From Anaeramoeba ignava BMAN (lineage: Eukaryota; Protista; Anaeramoebae): a stretch of DNA of 64,000 bases. Each line of letters starts with the position of its first letter. The stretch's first letter is position 1. Positions 32,108 to 45,124 of the stretch are shown here, in pieces. The stretch is from the NCBI GenBank assembly GCA_028826165.1, contig JAPDFW010000070.1:620001-684000 (forward strand), given 5' to 3'. Made by a program: the position numbers and the translations under genes. The notes below the pieces were generated by a model. The model did not search any database. It was not told the DNA's origin and was given only the letters and a program-made list of their open reading frames with translations.

Positions 32108-35049
32108 TCATTTCTGTGTTTTTTTTTTTGATTTTTGTTTGCTATTTCGTGAAAAGTGGTTATCAATTGGATCTTCTTGCTGGTTATTCCAAAAAAAAGA
32201 ATCATCATCAAATCCATCTTGATGTAAAATTTCATCTGGATTTTCTGTTTCATTTCCAATTTTAAAGTTTTGTAAATTTGTGATTGGAAAATCCATAGAA
32301 TTCCTAAAAATATATGGAGAAGTTAAATTCGAAGGCATATTTGTATGCAAATTATTTAGAGAAACTTCTGTTGAAAATGCGTTTGAAAGGGGATCACTTC
32401 GAAGAAGAGAAAAAGGAGATGCGGAAAAAGGGCTTTCAATGTGTCTTAAATGTGGGTTTGGTGATGAAGAAAAAGTAAAAGGAAGGTTATTGGGGAAATT
32501 TATCCAACGTGACTGATCGTTTGTTTGCCGTTCAAAAGGGGTTGGTTTGTGTGAGCGGTTTTGATGGAAAACCGATCCAATGTCTAGATCTAATGGATCT
32601 TCACATAATCCAAGAATTTCTTTATTTATTGGAATATTTTTTGTTGGGTTTATTGGTTTTGTTCGAGTAATTTTTTCTTCATCTAAAATATAATTTTTGA
32701 AATTTAGGTTTTGATTTGCTTTTTCTTCATCTAAAAAGAAATTTGTTAAATTTGAATTTTGATCTGTTTTTTCTTCATCTAAAATATAATTTTTGAAATT
32801 TGGATTTTGATTTGTTTTTTCTTCATCTAAAAAGAGATTTGTTAAATTTGAATTTTGATCTGTTTTTTCTTCATCTAAAAAGAAATTTGCTAAGTTTGGA
32901 TTTTGATTTGTTTTCTTTGTATCTAAAATATTTTTGAAATTTGGATTGTTATTATTTTCTTCTTCGATCTCCATTTTGGTTGAATTCTGGAATTGTTTTC
33001 CATTTGATTTTTCAGGTTTAAATGAATTAGTAGCTATATTTTTGCTATTTTTTGTGTGTATTAAGGATATCCCACTTTTGTTTTGATTTTTATTTTTATT
33101 TTTACTTTTATTTTGATTTTGTATTGATTTTTTTGATTTTTCGATTTTGGAATTTTTAGGTGATTCATTATTTTTTGGAATTTGAATTATTTTTTTTCTT
33201 TTGCTTTTCTTTTCGATATTTTTTTCTTCGTTTATTTTCTTTTTTGTTTTTGTTTTTGTTTTTGTTTTCTTTTTGCTTTTTCTTTTTCTTTCATTTTCAT
33301 TTTCATTTCCGTTTTGGATAACGATATTTTCATTTAAAGAAAAAGATTTAATAATTGATAAAACTGAAATTCCACTTTCTGATTCATTTTTATAAGAAAT
33401 ATCTTGTGTATAATCAGGCTTATCAGGAAAAATAGGATTTGATGTTACAAAAGATCTAATCCAATTGTTGAAAATTTTCAAAAATAAATTTTCGAATAAA
33501 AGGTTTAATTCAAAAACATTTGGTAATGTTTTTATTTTTCTCCCAGTATAACTGAAACTTTTTGATTTATTTTCAAGATTCCATAATTTTTTATATTTGA
33601 GTCTCATTTTTTGAATATTTAGAATTGCTTGAATACATAAATTTCTTCTTTTTTTGCGAACTTGGATTAAGTGATTTGTGTAAACTTCAATATCTGGAAG
33701 AATAATTGATTGTGGATTATTCCATTTAACAAATCCTTTTGAACCTTCGTCTTCAGATACTAATCCAATACTTTTATAAACTGAAAGAACAGAACAAACT
33801 CTTTGACGTGAAAATCCTGTTTCATTAGCAAGGCTCTCTCTTTTTTGGGTTTCTATTTTTTTAAAAAAAATCAATTTTAAATCAATTTTATATCAATTTT
33901 AAATTATTTTTAAATTAATTTTAAATCAATTTTATATCAATTTTAAATTAATTTTAAATTAATTTTAAATCAATTTTAAATCAATTTTATATCAATTTTA
34001 TATCAATTTTAAATCAATTTTAAATCAATTTTATATCAATTTTATATCAATTTTAAATCAATTTTATATCAATTTTAAATTAATTTTATATTAATTTTAA
34101 ATCAATTTTAAATTAATTTTAAATCAATTTTATATCAATTTTAAATCAATTTTTAAATAAAATATTTTAAATCAATTTTTATATTAAATTTATATCAATT
34201 TTAAATCAATTTTAAAAATCAATTTTTTATATTTTAAATTAATTTTAAATCAATTTTAAATCAATTTTAAATCAATTTTAAATCAATTTTATATCAATTT
34301 TAAATCAATTTTAAATCAATTTTAAATCAATTTTAAATCAATTTTAAATCAATTTTATATCAATTTTAAATCAATTTTATATCAATTTTAAATCAATTTT
34401 ATATCAATTTTTATATCAATTTTAAATTATTATTTTCCAAAAAATTTTAATTAAATTTTCATCAAATTTTTTTAATCATTTTAATCCAATTTGTTGGAAT
34501 ATACATTTTTTTTTTATTTATGGGTTTTTTTTAAATTATTTTAAGTTTCAAAAATTTTTTTTTCAATAACAAATAACCACCTTTTTTAGAAAATTGATCA
34601 ACGATTAAAAAACCAAGCATTGCAATAGTGCGATCTGAACGAGTTTTTTTTTGTTGGGATTGGATTTTCTGATTAGGAAAAGAATCAGAATAATTAGTTG
34701 ATTGACAAGCTAATTTTCGAGAAGCGAAAACTGGTTTCCAATATTGATTCAAACGGAAATTAGTTTTTGTTCTTCGAGTTGCTTGAACAAAAACACCACA
34801 TTGCTTAAAAAGTTTCCCAATCATCTCAATATATTTTATAATACGTGGGGTTTTTGTGGGTAAATCTTCAATAAAATCATTGATTACTTGGGAAACTAAA
34901 AAAGTGTTTTTTTTGTTTAGTTTCTTTTTTGGTTCATATTCACAAAGAAACATCCCAAATTTCCATATTAATGAATAGAAACTATATTCGTTATCTTCTG
35001 TTTGAATTTTATTGAGTTGTTTTTCTATTTTCCAATTATTGTTTTCCAT
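32108..35049 (-). CDS. Divergent E2F/DP-like winged-helix protein
   Basis: Exons 35049 to ~34578 and 33852-32108 (phase-1 GT-AG intron). The spliced RSDRTIAMLGFLIVDQFSKKGETQKRESLANETGFSRQRVCSVLSVYKSIGLVSEDEGSKGFVKWN aligns by eye with the E2F DNA-binding pattern R-x-D-x-SLGLL...RRIYDITNVLEGIGLIEK...IQW. Confidence 0.6.
33865..34430. repeat. Intronic 11-bp minisatellite (TTTTAAATCAA)n
   Basis: Fills intron 34577-33853. Confidence 0.9.
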
Positions 35050-35319
35050 TAAAAATAATAAAGAAAAAATAAAAAATAAAGAAAAAAGAAAAGTGTTTTT
35101 TGAAAAATTTTTTTTATTTTTTATTTTTAATTTTTTTTTTCATTTTGCGGACTTTCAAATTTAAAAAAAAAAAACTTAATAAAAAAATAATTCATTTTAA
35201 TTTTAATTTTAATTTTAATGTAATTTCCTATTTTAACACTTACTTAATTTCGTTTATTTTTTTATTTAATTTTTTCGCCTTTTTATTATTTTTATTAAAT
35301 TAAATTAAATTAAATTAAA

Positions 35320-37821
35320 TTAAACAAAATAAATTTCAAGACCTTCAATCACCCAATTTTGACTTCCAGTAAAATAATTATAAGCTTCTCTTTGATTAAT
35401 TCCTTGAGGGATTTGATAAGAATCACCAAAAAGATCTGAATTTCCTTCCTTTTCATTTCCATAAGCACAAATATCATGGAAATCGGGACCAGATTTATGA
35501 TAATCATATTTGACTGCAAATTTACTTGCATTTTTAATAGGGAATTTTTGGGGAGGATGACCCCAATAGTTATTTAAAGAGAAAAGAAAAGCTTTTGGAT
35601 CACAAATCAACCCATATGATCCAAAAGGTGAACAAAAATCCCATTTCTCACTATCCGAAATCCAACCCTTTTCTGTGAACCCTCCAAAAATATATCCTTC
35701 CGCTGATTTAATCAGAACAAATGTTTTGCCCTTATTGTCGCAAATTGAATGAAATTCACTTTTTGCCCATCCAAATTTCGCCATTGATAAACCTATTTTC
35801 ATATGTTTAAAAAAATTATCATCATTAATCCATCTTTTAATGTAATTGATGAAATTTGAATTTTTGTTTTTGATGATGTTTGATTTGTGAAATGGTCCGC
35901 TTCGTGAGTGAAAAATTTGATATTTTTTTGAATCGTATTGATGGATAAGTTCTTTTCTTTTTTTCCGAGATTTTTTGAATTTCCAAATATTCGCATAAAG
36001 ATCTTTTGGAATAATATTTAATTTTTTAATTTCCTGTAAGTCTTTTTTGGAAATGTTACAAAATCTAATTTCGGGAATAAATATTTTCATTTTATCATAA
36101 ATTTGTCGAGATTTTGCTAATTGATTTTCATTTTGATTTTGATTTTGATTTTGATTTTGATTTTGATTTTGATTTTCATTTTCAATTTCATTTTTTTGAA
36201 CCCTCCAAAATATATTTTGATTTTTTGATTTTTGATTTTGATTTTTGATTTTTTATTTTGATTTGATATTTTTGATTGATGGATTTTTTTTTTCGATTTT
36301 TGATTTTGATTTTTTTGATTTTGATGAAATTTTGATTTTTGATTTTGATTTTGATTTTTGATTTTGATTTTGATTTTGATTTTGATTTTGATTTTGATTT
36401 TGATTTTGATTTTGATTTTGATTTTGATTTTGATTTTGATTTTGATTTTGATTTTGATTTTGATTTTGATTTTGATTTTGATTTTGATTTTGATTTTGAT
36501 TTTGATTTTGATTTTGATTTTGATTTTGATTTTGATTTTGATTTTGATTTTGATTTTGATTTTGATTTTGATTTTGATTTTGATTTTGATTTTGATTTTG
36601 ATTTTTGATTTTGATTTTTGATTTTGATTTTTGATTTTGATTTTGATTTTGATTTTGATTTTGATTTTGATTTTGATTTTGATTTTGATTTTGATTTTGA
36701 TTTTGATTTTGATTTTGATTTTGATTTTGATTTTGATTTTGATTTTGATTTTGATTTTGATTTTGATTTTGATTTTCATTTTGATTTTGATTTTGATTTG
36801 ATTTTGATTTTGATTTTGATTTTGATTTTGATTTTGATTTTGATTTTGATTTTGATTTTGATTTTGATTTTGATTTTGATTTTGATTTTGATTTTGATTT
36901 TGATTTTGATTTTGATTTTGCATTTTGATTTTGATTTTTTTCATTTGATTTTCATTTTGATTTTGATTTTCATTTTCATTTTGATTTGATTTGATTTTGA
37001 TTTTGATTTTGATTTAGATTTTGATTTGGTTTTTGATTTTGATTTTGATTTTGATTTTGATTTTGATTTTGATTTTGATTTTGATTTAGATTTAGATTTT
37101 GATTTAGATTTTGATTTTGAATTTCATTTTGATTTTGATTTAGATTTTGATTTAGATTTTGATTTAGATTTTCATTTTCATTTTCCAAATTCAATTCACT
37201 CCATTTTAGAATTAAATTAAAAACATCAATTTCTGATGCATTTGGAGAAAAATCTTGATTTTGCATAATTTGAAGAAGATCATCTGCAGGTAAATTCATT
37301 TTGATAATCATATCTTTCAATATCTCAAAATGATCACCCATAAACTCAATTGATTGAGTAACCAAGTTAGTAAAATTAAACTGATTTGCAAACAAGAATA
37401 TTTCAATCATATTTTCAACTTCTAAGTTTTTTGCAATATAAGAAATAAGTTTATCATCTAGTTTCTGATCTGATAACAACAATTTCTTTGAAGCAACAAG
37501 AACATTAATAGCATTTTCATGATTTATTTTGATTTTTCCAGTGTAAATATATTCTAGAATAGATCTCATTGTTGATGATTTGATATCATTGATAAAGACT
37601 TTGGATTCTTGAAACTCCTTCATCTTGCTTTGGAATAACGCTTGGAAATATAGACTTCGACAACCAATTATTGTTTTATGACAATTAAATATTACTTCCT
37701 TTCCATTAAGTTCATCTGAAAAGACATGAATTTGGAAATCAGAAAATTCATCTCCATTTTGGAAAAGTTGTTGGAAATCTTTAAAGAATTTTGATCTGTT
37801 TGAAAATTGAAATTCATCCAT
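35320..37821 (-). CDS. BTB/POZ-BACK-TLDc protein interrupted by a ~1.1-kb (CAAAAT)n poly-QN tract with frameshifts
   Basis: BTB: FSDFQI...CHKTIIGCRSLYFQALF...ILEYIYTG. BACK: SEIDVFNLILKW...IRF. TLDc: FHSICDNKGKTFVLIKS...IFGGFT...AFLFSL...LEIY. The QN tract runs in frame out of the 5' ORF and into ENQLAKSRQIYDKM of the 3' ORF. Confidence 0.85.
36121..37190. repeat. (TTTTGA)n hexamer tract (coding QN on the minus strand)
   Basis: Direct inspection. Confidence 0.95.
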
Positions 37822-37920
37822 TATTTCTTTTTTTCAAAATAAAAGAAAAAAAATGAAAAAATGAAGAAATTTTTGTTTTTGGAATTCTTGAAAATTTCTA
37901 TTTTAAAAAAAAATTCTAAT

Positions 37921-37951
<31 letters not shown>

Positions 37952-37958
37952 GAATTCT

Positions 37959-38642
37959 TCATTTTTCTCTTTCAGGAAGATTTAAGCTTTTGACAAAATT
38001 TCTTTGCAAATCCATCATATAATGAAAAGGTTTGAGTAATTGATTTGAAATATCAGGATTTTCCTCAAGAATACCCAAAGCAAAAGCAACAGCCTCAACG
38101 GTTGACAAATTTCCTTTTTGTGTTTGCTTTCTAAGATAAGTACTATTCGGGACACTTGATATTTTGACATGAGAAATAGTTCCCAATTTTGGATTCCAAT
38201 TAAAAAGCTTTTTGGCATGAATCCAAGTTCCATCCAGAACAACCAAACGTTTCACTTGAGTCTCTGTTTCTTTATTTTTGATAATGAATTCTGCATTTTT
38301 GGCTTCTTTTGTTGGATAAAGTAAAAAAGTTGAAGGATCTTGAAGTTGTTTGTGAAGCAAAGGATATAAATCCTCCTCAAATTTCCGACCTCTATAAACA
38401 GTGCATTTGCTTCCAAGACATCTTTCAATAATAGGAACTGTTCGAAAAACTCGTGTTTCTTTTGGATGTTGAAGAATTATCACTTCCGTTTGGATTTCAA
38501 TTGGGTTTTCTGGAAAAGAACTACAAATACAATGATCTGGAAATGGTCTTTCACATTTTTCACAAATTATTCTTTGAATCGATGAATCTTTTTTTTTTTT
38601 TTCTTCTTCATCGAATATTTCATTACTAAATCCAAGTTCCAT
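37959..38642 (-). CDS. DTWD2: DTW-domain tRNA-uridine aminocarboxypropyltransferase (DTWD2/TapT-like)
   Basis: CEKC...CIC, IILQHPKE, FLLYP, VLDGTWIHAKK, LSTVEAV. Intronless. Confidence 0.9.
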   Translation of the reverse strand: MELGFSNEIFDEEEKKKKDSSIQRIICEKCERPFPDHCICSSFPENPIEIQTEVIILQHPKETRVFRTVPIIERCLGSKCTVYRGRKFEEDLYPLLHKQLQDPSTFLLYPTKEAKNAEFIIKNKETETQVKRLVVLDGTWIHAKKLFNWNPKLGTISHVKISSVPNSTYLRKQTQKGNLSTVEAVAFALGILEENPDISNQLLKPFHYMMDLQRNFVKSLNLPEREK

Positions 38643-38704
38643 TTCAATTCAAAAATGAAAAAAATGAAAAAAATGAAAAAATGATATTTTTTTTTTGGAA
38701 AGTT

Positions 38705-41700
38705 TTATTTCTTTTGTTTTAATGAAAAATATGCTAATTGAGCTGAAGATTCCAAATTGTTTAATCTACGAATTGAATCTTTAAGTTCTTTTGTGTGACT
38801 TTGGAATCGAAGTTGATTTTCTTTTCTTCTTTTTTCTCCATAAATAATATTTTCTTTTAAAACAGTTGAAAAATTTGTTTCTTTTTCAAGTTTTGGGATT
38901 TTAAAATTCAATAATTTTTCAATTTTCTAAAATGAGGACAAAATAAAGAACAAAAATTAAGAACAAAATTAAGAAATTTAAATGATAAGATAAAAAACCT
39001 CTAAATAAAGTGGTTCATTCCACCATAAACAACTTCCACCATCACTAACAAGTTTTGTAGACCAATATTGAGCACTATTTTTAGTACCTACATGATACCA
39101 AACTTTTTCTTTTTCAGTTGCAACCAAAGAGATGGCGAGACCCATTCTATCCATTCTTCCAACTCTTCCAACTCTATTAAAGAATATTTACAAAAAATAT
39201 TATTAAAATATTATTAAATATTATTAAATATTATTAAATATTATTGAAATATTATTGAATATTATTAAATATTTTTAAATATTATTATTGAATATTATTA
39301 AATATTATTATTGAATATTATTAAATATTTTTAAATATTATTATTGAATATTATTATTGAATATTATTATTGTTATTGTTATTATTGAAATATTATTATT
39401 GAATATTATTAAATATTATTTTTGAAATATTATTAAATATTTTTGAATATTTTTAAATATTTTACCGATGAATGTAAATCTTCTCATCATCTGGAAGTGT
39501 GAAATTAATCAAATAAGGTAATCCTCTATTTAAATTTATCAAAAAAAAAAGTAAATTTGTTTTATTCTAAAAATTAATTATTTGCTCATTAAATTCATCC
39601 ATTTTCCTAATAATTAAAACAAAAATATATTCTTCTTTGTATTTATTCTTGAAATGACTGACTTTATATCTAATCCACGAGCAGCAGCATCTGTACAAAT
39701 TAAAAATCTAACTTCTCCATTTTTAAATAATTCCAAATTTTGAGCTCTTTCTTGGACTGATTTATCTGAATGCAAGGAAACACAACTAAATTCATTAACA
39801 GTATCTTTTCAAAAACAAAATAAAACTAATTAATAAAACTTGCAAAAATTGGTACAAATGATTGATAAAATATATACTTCGTGATCCACCTGAATATTCA
39901 AAAAGAAATTTTTCAAGATTTGCACATTCAACTTTTGTTCTCATAAAAATCAATGCTTGATCAATTTTCAATTTTGAAATAGTTTCAATTAAAATGATTG
40001 GTTTGAGTAACTTAATAGCTTCTGAATTTTCTTCTACAGAAAAAATTTAAGTTTCCATTACGAAATTGGATGCTATCTTTTGCATGAACATCGTCTGTTT
40101 GATAAAAAACTTTAGATCCCGTTGGTGATTTTAAAGGATAATTTTGCCAGTTCAGATTTTTTGATGGTGAAACTGGAACTATAATATGATGAACTGTTTC
40201 TGGAATTGATATTTTTCCTTTTAAATCTATCCATACAGGAAACTTAGTTATTGTTTCTGTTAATTTTTTAATTTCAGGTGAATGAAGCGTTGCTGAAAAT
40301 AATATAACTTGTAATCTTTGTGTTGCTTTTGGTATTAAATCGTATATTCTTGTGATAATGTCAGATGATTGTTGAATAAGTTCATCTGCTTCATCAAGTA
40401 CAAAAAATCTTACTGAAGATAAATTTAGATTTCCTTTTTCTATTAAATCTATAATTCGACCCTAAAAAAATTTTTTTCCGAAATTTTAATTTTTATTTTG
40501 ATTTTAATTTTAATTTTGATTTTGATTTTGATTTTGATTTTCATTTTGATTTTAATTTTGATTTTAATTTTAATTTTAATTTTGATTTTGATTTTGATTT
40601 TGATTTTGATTTATTTTGATTTTGATTTTGATTTTGATTTTGATTTTAATTTGATTTTGATTTTGATTTTGATTTTGATTTTGATTTTGATTTTGATTTT
40701 GATTTTGATTTATTTTGATTTTAATTTTGATTTTTATTTTGATTTTAATTTTGATTTTGATTTTGATTTTGATTTTGATTTATTTTGATTTTAATTTTGA
40801 TTTTTATTTTGATTTTAATTTTGAATTTGATTTTGATTTTGATTTTGATTTTGATTTTGATTTTGATTTTGATTTTAATTTTAATTTTAATTTTGATTTT
40901 GATTTTGATTTTGATTTTGATTTTGATTTTGATTTTGATTTTGATTTTAATTTTAATTTTGATTTTTATTTTCATTTTGATTTTAATTTTGATTTTGATT
41001 TTGATTTTGATTTTGATTTATTTTGATTTTGGATTAGATTTTGATTTTGATTTTGATTTTGATTTTGATTTTGATTTTGATTCTAAATTTTGATAAATTA
41101 CTGCAGTTCCTGTTACAATTTCAACTCCTTTTTTTAATGATTTTTGTTGTTCCCAAATTGGAACTCCACCTAAAATAAGTTCAGTTCTAATATATGGTCT
41201 TGAAACTTTTTTAATAAAAAGACTTAAACATTCATGAGTTTGTTTTGCTAAATCTTTTGTAGGTTCAAGTATAACTGCAATTGGTTTCCCACTTTGAAAT
41301 TCAGATATTTCTTTTTGTATTCCACTAATACTTGTTTCAGAAAGTTTTGCTTGATTAATTGGAAGATGATCTCGATTTGAAAAAACAAATTGATTTTGTC
41401 CAAAATTAACTTCAATTTCTGCATTTTTCAATGCAAAAGCTGGATAAAATGCTGCTCCTTTAAAATTCTATATTTGTTTAGTTTTTTTTTTTAAATAATT
41501 TTTTTTGTTCCACTTTTTTTTTTAAATAATTTTTTTTTATTTCTAAAATTTAATACATTTGGAATTTTGAATGCTGGTCCAAGATAATTACTATTTTTTG
41601 AGAATGAAATTTCACCTCTATTAAGATTTATCCAAGCACCAATTGTATCACCTTTCCCAAAGCTTTCGCCATAATTAATAAATTGACCACTATTAGAAAT

Positions 41701-42587
41701 TTTGCCTGTTCCACTTTTTTTATTTTATTATTTTTTTTTTTTTGATAAATCCAAAAAATAACGGAAAAAAAAAGTGTCAAAAATCAAATTAAAAAAAAAA
41801 TTTTTCTTTAATAAAAAAATTTACCCAAAACCAAAACCAAGCCGATCTGTACCCAAATTGTAAGTTGAACCGAATATTGACCAACCAATACGAGCAATTC
41901 CTTCATCTCGAATCAAACATTCAAAACCAAAATTTCCAGAAATAACGCCATAAGTAGCACGACAACCGAACCAAGCGTTTTCGTCTCTACTTTGGCAAAT
42001 AAACCCAGTTGGGTCGATAGCAATTAAAGGGTCTCTATCGTCTGCAGATAGTTTTATTGGGGGAGCAGAGGTGTTTTTATCATCAGAATTGATTTTATTC
42101 AATAAAGATTCGCGAACTGTTTCTACAACAATTTGAAGAATTGGTAAAGCAAAAGCCTTTTTTATGAAAATTTGTATTTCGTTATTTATGTTGTAATTAG
42201 TATTGCCTTCAATTTCCGTTTTTTTATCATTCAGCCTAACTCAACCTTCTCTTGTTTTTTATTTTATTTGTTTTTTCTTACCCCTGTCTTGCCACTTCCT
42301 GTTGGTGCTGCTGCACAAACATCTCGTCCACCGAGAATCAATGGAATGGCTTCTGTTTGGATTGCTGTAGGTAATCTATTTCAAAATTGTGCATCAATCC
42401 AAGGTTTGTTGAAGAAATGGAGTTATTGTTTAATTGATTTTAAAATTAAATTCCAATTTAAATATCTAAACCAATTATTTTTTTTGAATGAATAAATGAA
42501 TAAATGAATAAATAAATACTCCCAACCAAGATCCTCTAATGAAGATATAATTTCAGGCATAATTCCAAGCTCTTCAAATGCTGCCAT
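38705..42587 (-). CDS. DDX1: DEAD-box RNA helicase DDX1 (with SPRY insertion)
   Basis: About 10 exons: [50 protein letters not shown] (GCRATYGV...GIARIGWS...GTGKISN), [47 protein letters not shown]. One apparent +1 indel or 28-nt intron at ~40034-40061. Confidence 0.93.
40490..41085. repeat. Intronic (TTTTGA/TTTTAA)n tract in DDX1
   Basis: Fills the intron at ~41101-40462. Confidence 0.9.
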
Positions 42588-42699
42588 TTTTTTTTTAATT
42601 TTAGAAAAGAAAAGAAAAAAGAAGAGAAGAGGAAGAAAGAGAAGAGGAAAAAAGGAAAAAAATGATTTTTATTTTTTTGAAAATTTAATTTTTCGATTC

Positions 42700-43145
42700 A
42701 ATTTCTATTTTCATTTTTAATTTATTTTCATTTTGATTTTGAATTTGAATTTGATTTTGATTTTGATTTTTGAATTTAATTTTGATTTTGATTTTGATTT
42801 TGAATTTGAATTTGATTTTGATTTTGAATTTGATTTTGATTTTGATTTTGATTTTTAATTTATTTTGATTTTGAATTTGATTTTGATTTTGATTTTGATT
42901 TTGATTTTGATTTTGATTTTTAATTTATTTTGATTTTGATTTTGATTTTGATTTTGATTTTGATTTTGAATTTCATTTTCATTTTGATTTTGATTTTGAT
43001 TTTGAATTTGATTTTGATTTTGATTTTGATTTTGATTTTGATTTTGATTTTGATTTTGATTTTGATTTTGAATTTGATTTTGATTTTGATTTTGATTTTG
43101 ATTTTGATTTTAATTTTAATTTTAATTTTGAATTTGATTTTGATT
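42700..43145. repeat. Intergenic (TTTTGA)n tract
   Basis: Direct inspection. Confidence 0.88.
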
Positions 43146-43146
43146 T

Positions 43147-44906
43147 TCAATTTTTATTTTTTGAATATGCTCCAGTTTGTTTCATAAATTTTTCATAATT
43201 TCCAAATCTATCTTTCATAATACATCTCTAATTTTTAATTAATTTTATATTTAAATTGAAAAAAAAATAGAATTTAAATTAAAAATTTAACTTCTTTACT
43301 TTTTTTAATTTTTTTTTTACTTTTTTAGGAATTGGAATTTTGGAAGATTTTAATTTTCTTAATACTTTATTAGCTTCTTCAATTTGTTCAATATTAGGTT
43401 TATCTTTTCCTGTTCTTTGAAGTCCTAATTCAATTTGTTCAATACACCAAGTAAGTTCAATTTGAAATTTTTCTCCAACTTTAAATTTTTGATTTTGGTT
43501 TTCATTTTGATTTTGATTTTGATTTTGAATTTATTTTTATTTTGATTTTGATTTTTATTTTGATTTTGATTTTGATTTTGATTTTGATTTTGATTTTGAT
43601 TTTGATTTTTATTTTCATTTTGATTTTGATTTTGATTTTGATTTTTATGAATTTCATTTTGGCTCGATTTGATTTTGAATTTTGATTTTGAAATTGATTT
43701 TTGATTTTGATTTTCATTTTGATTTTCATTTTGATTTTCAACGATTTTGATTTTGATTTTGATTTTCATTTTGATTTTCATTTTGATTTTGATTTTGATT
43801 TTTATTTTGATTTTGATTTTCATTTTGATTTTGATTTTGATTTTGATTTTGATTTTGATTTTGATTTTGATTTTCATTTTCTTTTGATTTTGATTTTGAT
43901 TTTGATTTTGATTTTGATTTTGATATTGATTTTGATTTTTATTTTGATTTTGATTTTGGTTTTCATTTTGATTTTTATTTTGATTTTGGTTTTCATTTTC
44001 ATTTTCATTTTGATTTTGGTTTTCATTTTGGTTTTGAATTTGAATTTGATTTTGATTTTGATTTTGATTTTGATTTTGATTTTGATTTTGATTTTGATTT
44101 TCATTTGAGTTTTGAATTTGATTTTGAATTTTGATTTTGATTTTGATTTTGATTTTGATTTTGATTTTGAATTTCATTTTGATTTTGGTTTTGATTTTGA
44201 TTTTTTGAATATGCTCCAGTTTGTTTCATAAATTTTTCATAATTTCCAAATCTATCTTTCATAATACATCTCTGATTTTTAATTAATTTTATATTTAAAT
44301 TGAAAAAAAAATAGAATTTAAATTAAAAATTTAACTTCTTCCTTTTTTTAATTTTTTTTTTACTTTTTTAGGAATTGGAATTTTGGAAGATTTTAATTTT
44401 CTTAATACTTTATTAGCTTCTTCAATTTGTTCAATATTAGGTTTATCTTTTCCTGTTCTTTGAAGTCCTAATTCAATTTGTTCAATACACCAAACAAGTT
44501 CAATTTGAAATTTTTCTCCAACTTTAAATTTTTGATTTTGATTTTCATTTTGATTTTGATTTTGATTTTCATTTTATTTTGATTTTTATTTTGATTTTGA
44601 TTTTCATTTTCATTTTTATTTTGATTTTGATTTTGATTTTGATTTTCATTTTGATTTTGATTTTGGTTTTGATTTTGATTTTGATTTTGGTTTTGATTTT
44701 CATTTTGATTTTGGTTTTTATTTTGGTTTTGATTTTTGTTGATTTTGATTTTGATTTTGAATTTGATTTTTATTTTTATTTTGATTTTGATTTTGATTTT
44801 GATTTTGATTTTGATTTTTGTTTCTATTTTTGTTTCTATTTCTATTTTTATTTTTGTTTCTATTTTTGTTTTTGTTTTTGTTTTTGTTGTTTCTATTTTT
44901 GTTCAT
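43147..44906 (-). CDS. UPF0488/C8orf33-like (DUF4615) protein with two tandem domain copies separated by QN tracts
   Basis: Each copy reads EKFQIEL(V/T)WCIEQIELGLQR...EEANKVLRKLKSSKIPIPKK|RCIMKDRFGNYEKFMKQ, resembling C8orf33 ELAWCVEQLELGL...RKRQLMHSLFGDYRAQM. Introns are 44363-44272 and 43320-43228. Only the second copy has a stop (TGA 43149-43147). The QN tracts contain indels. Confidence 0.75.
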
Positions 44907-45124
44907 TTTTAGTAAAATTTAAAACAAATTTAAAATGAAAAAATGAAAAAATGAAAAAATGAAAAAATGAAAAATGAAAAAATGTAAAAAATTTTTTTTT
45001 GGTTTATTTATTATTTCTGGATGAAATGTATGATTTAGTTGAATTCAAATTAATTTTTGGTGAACTTTTGTTTTTTTTGAAATTAGAAAAAAAATTATTA
45101 ATTGATTGTCTAAGTAATATTTAA

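Noticed and set aside
36117-44938. IKIK, ILIL, DFDF and similar ORFs
   Set aside because: Alternative frames of (TTTTGA)n tracts.
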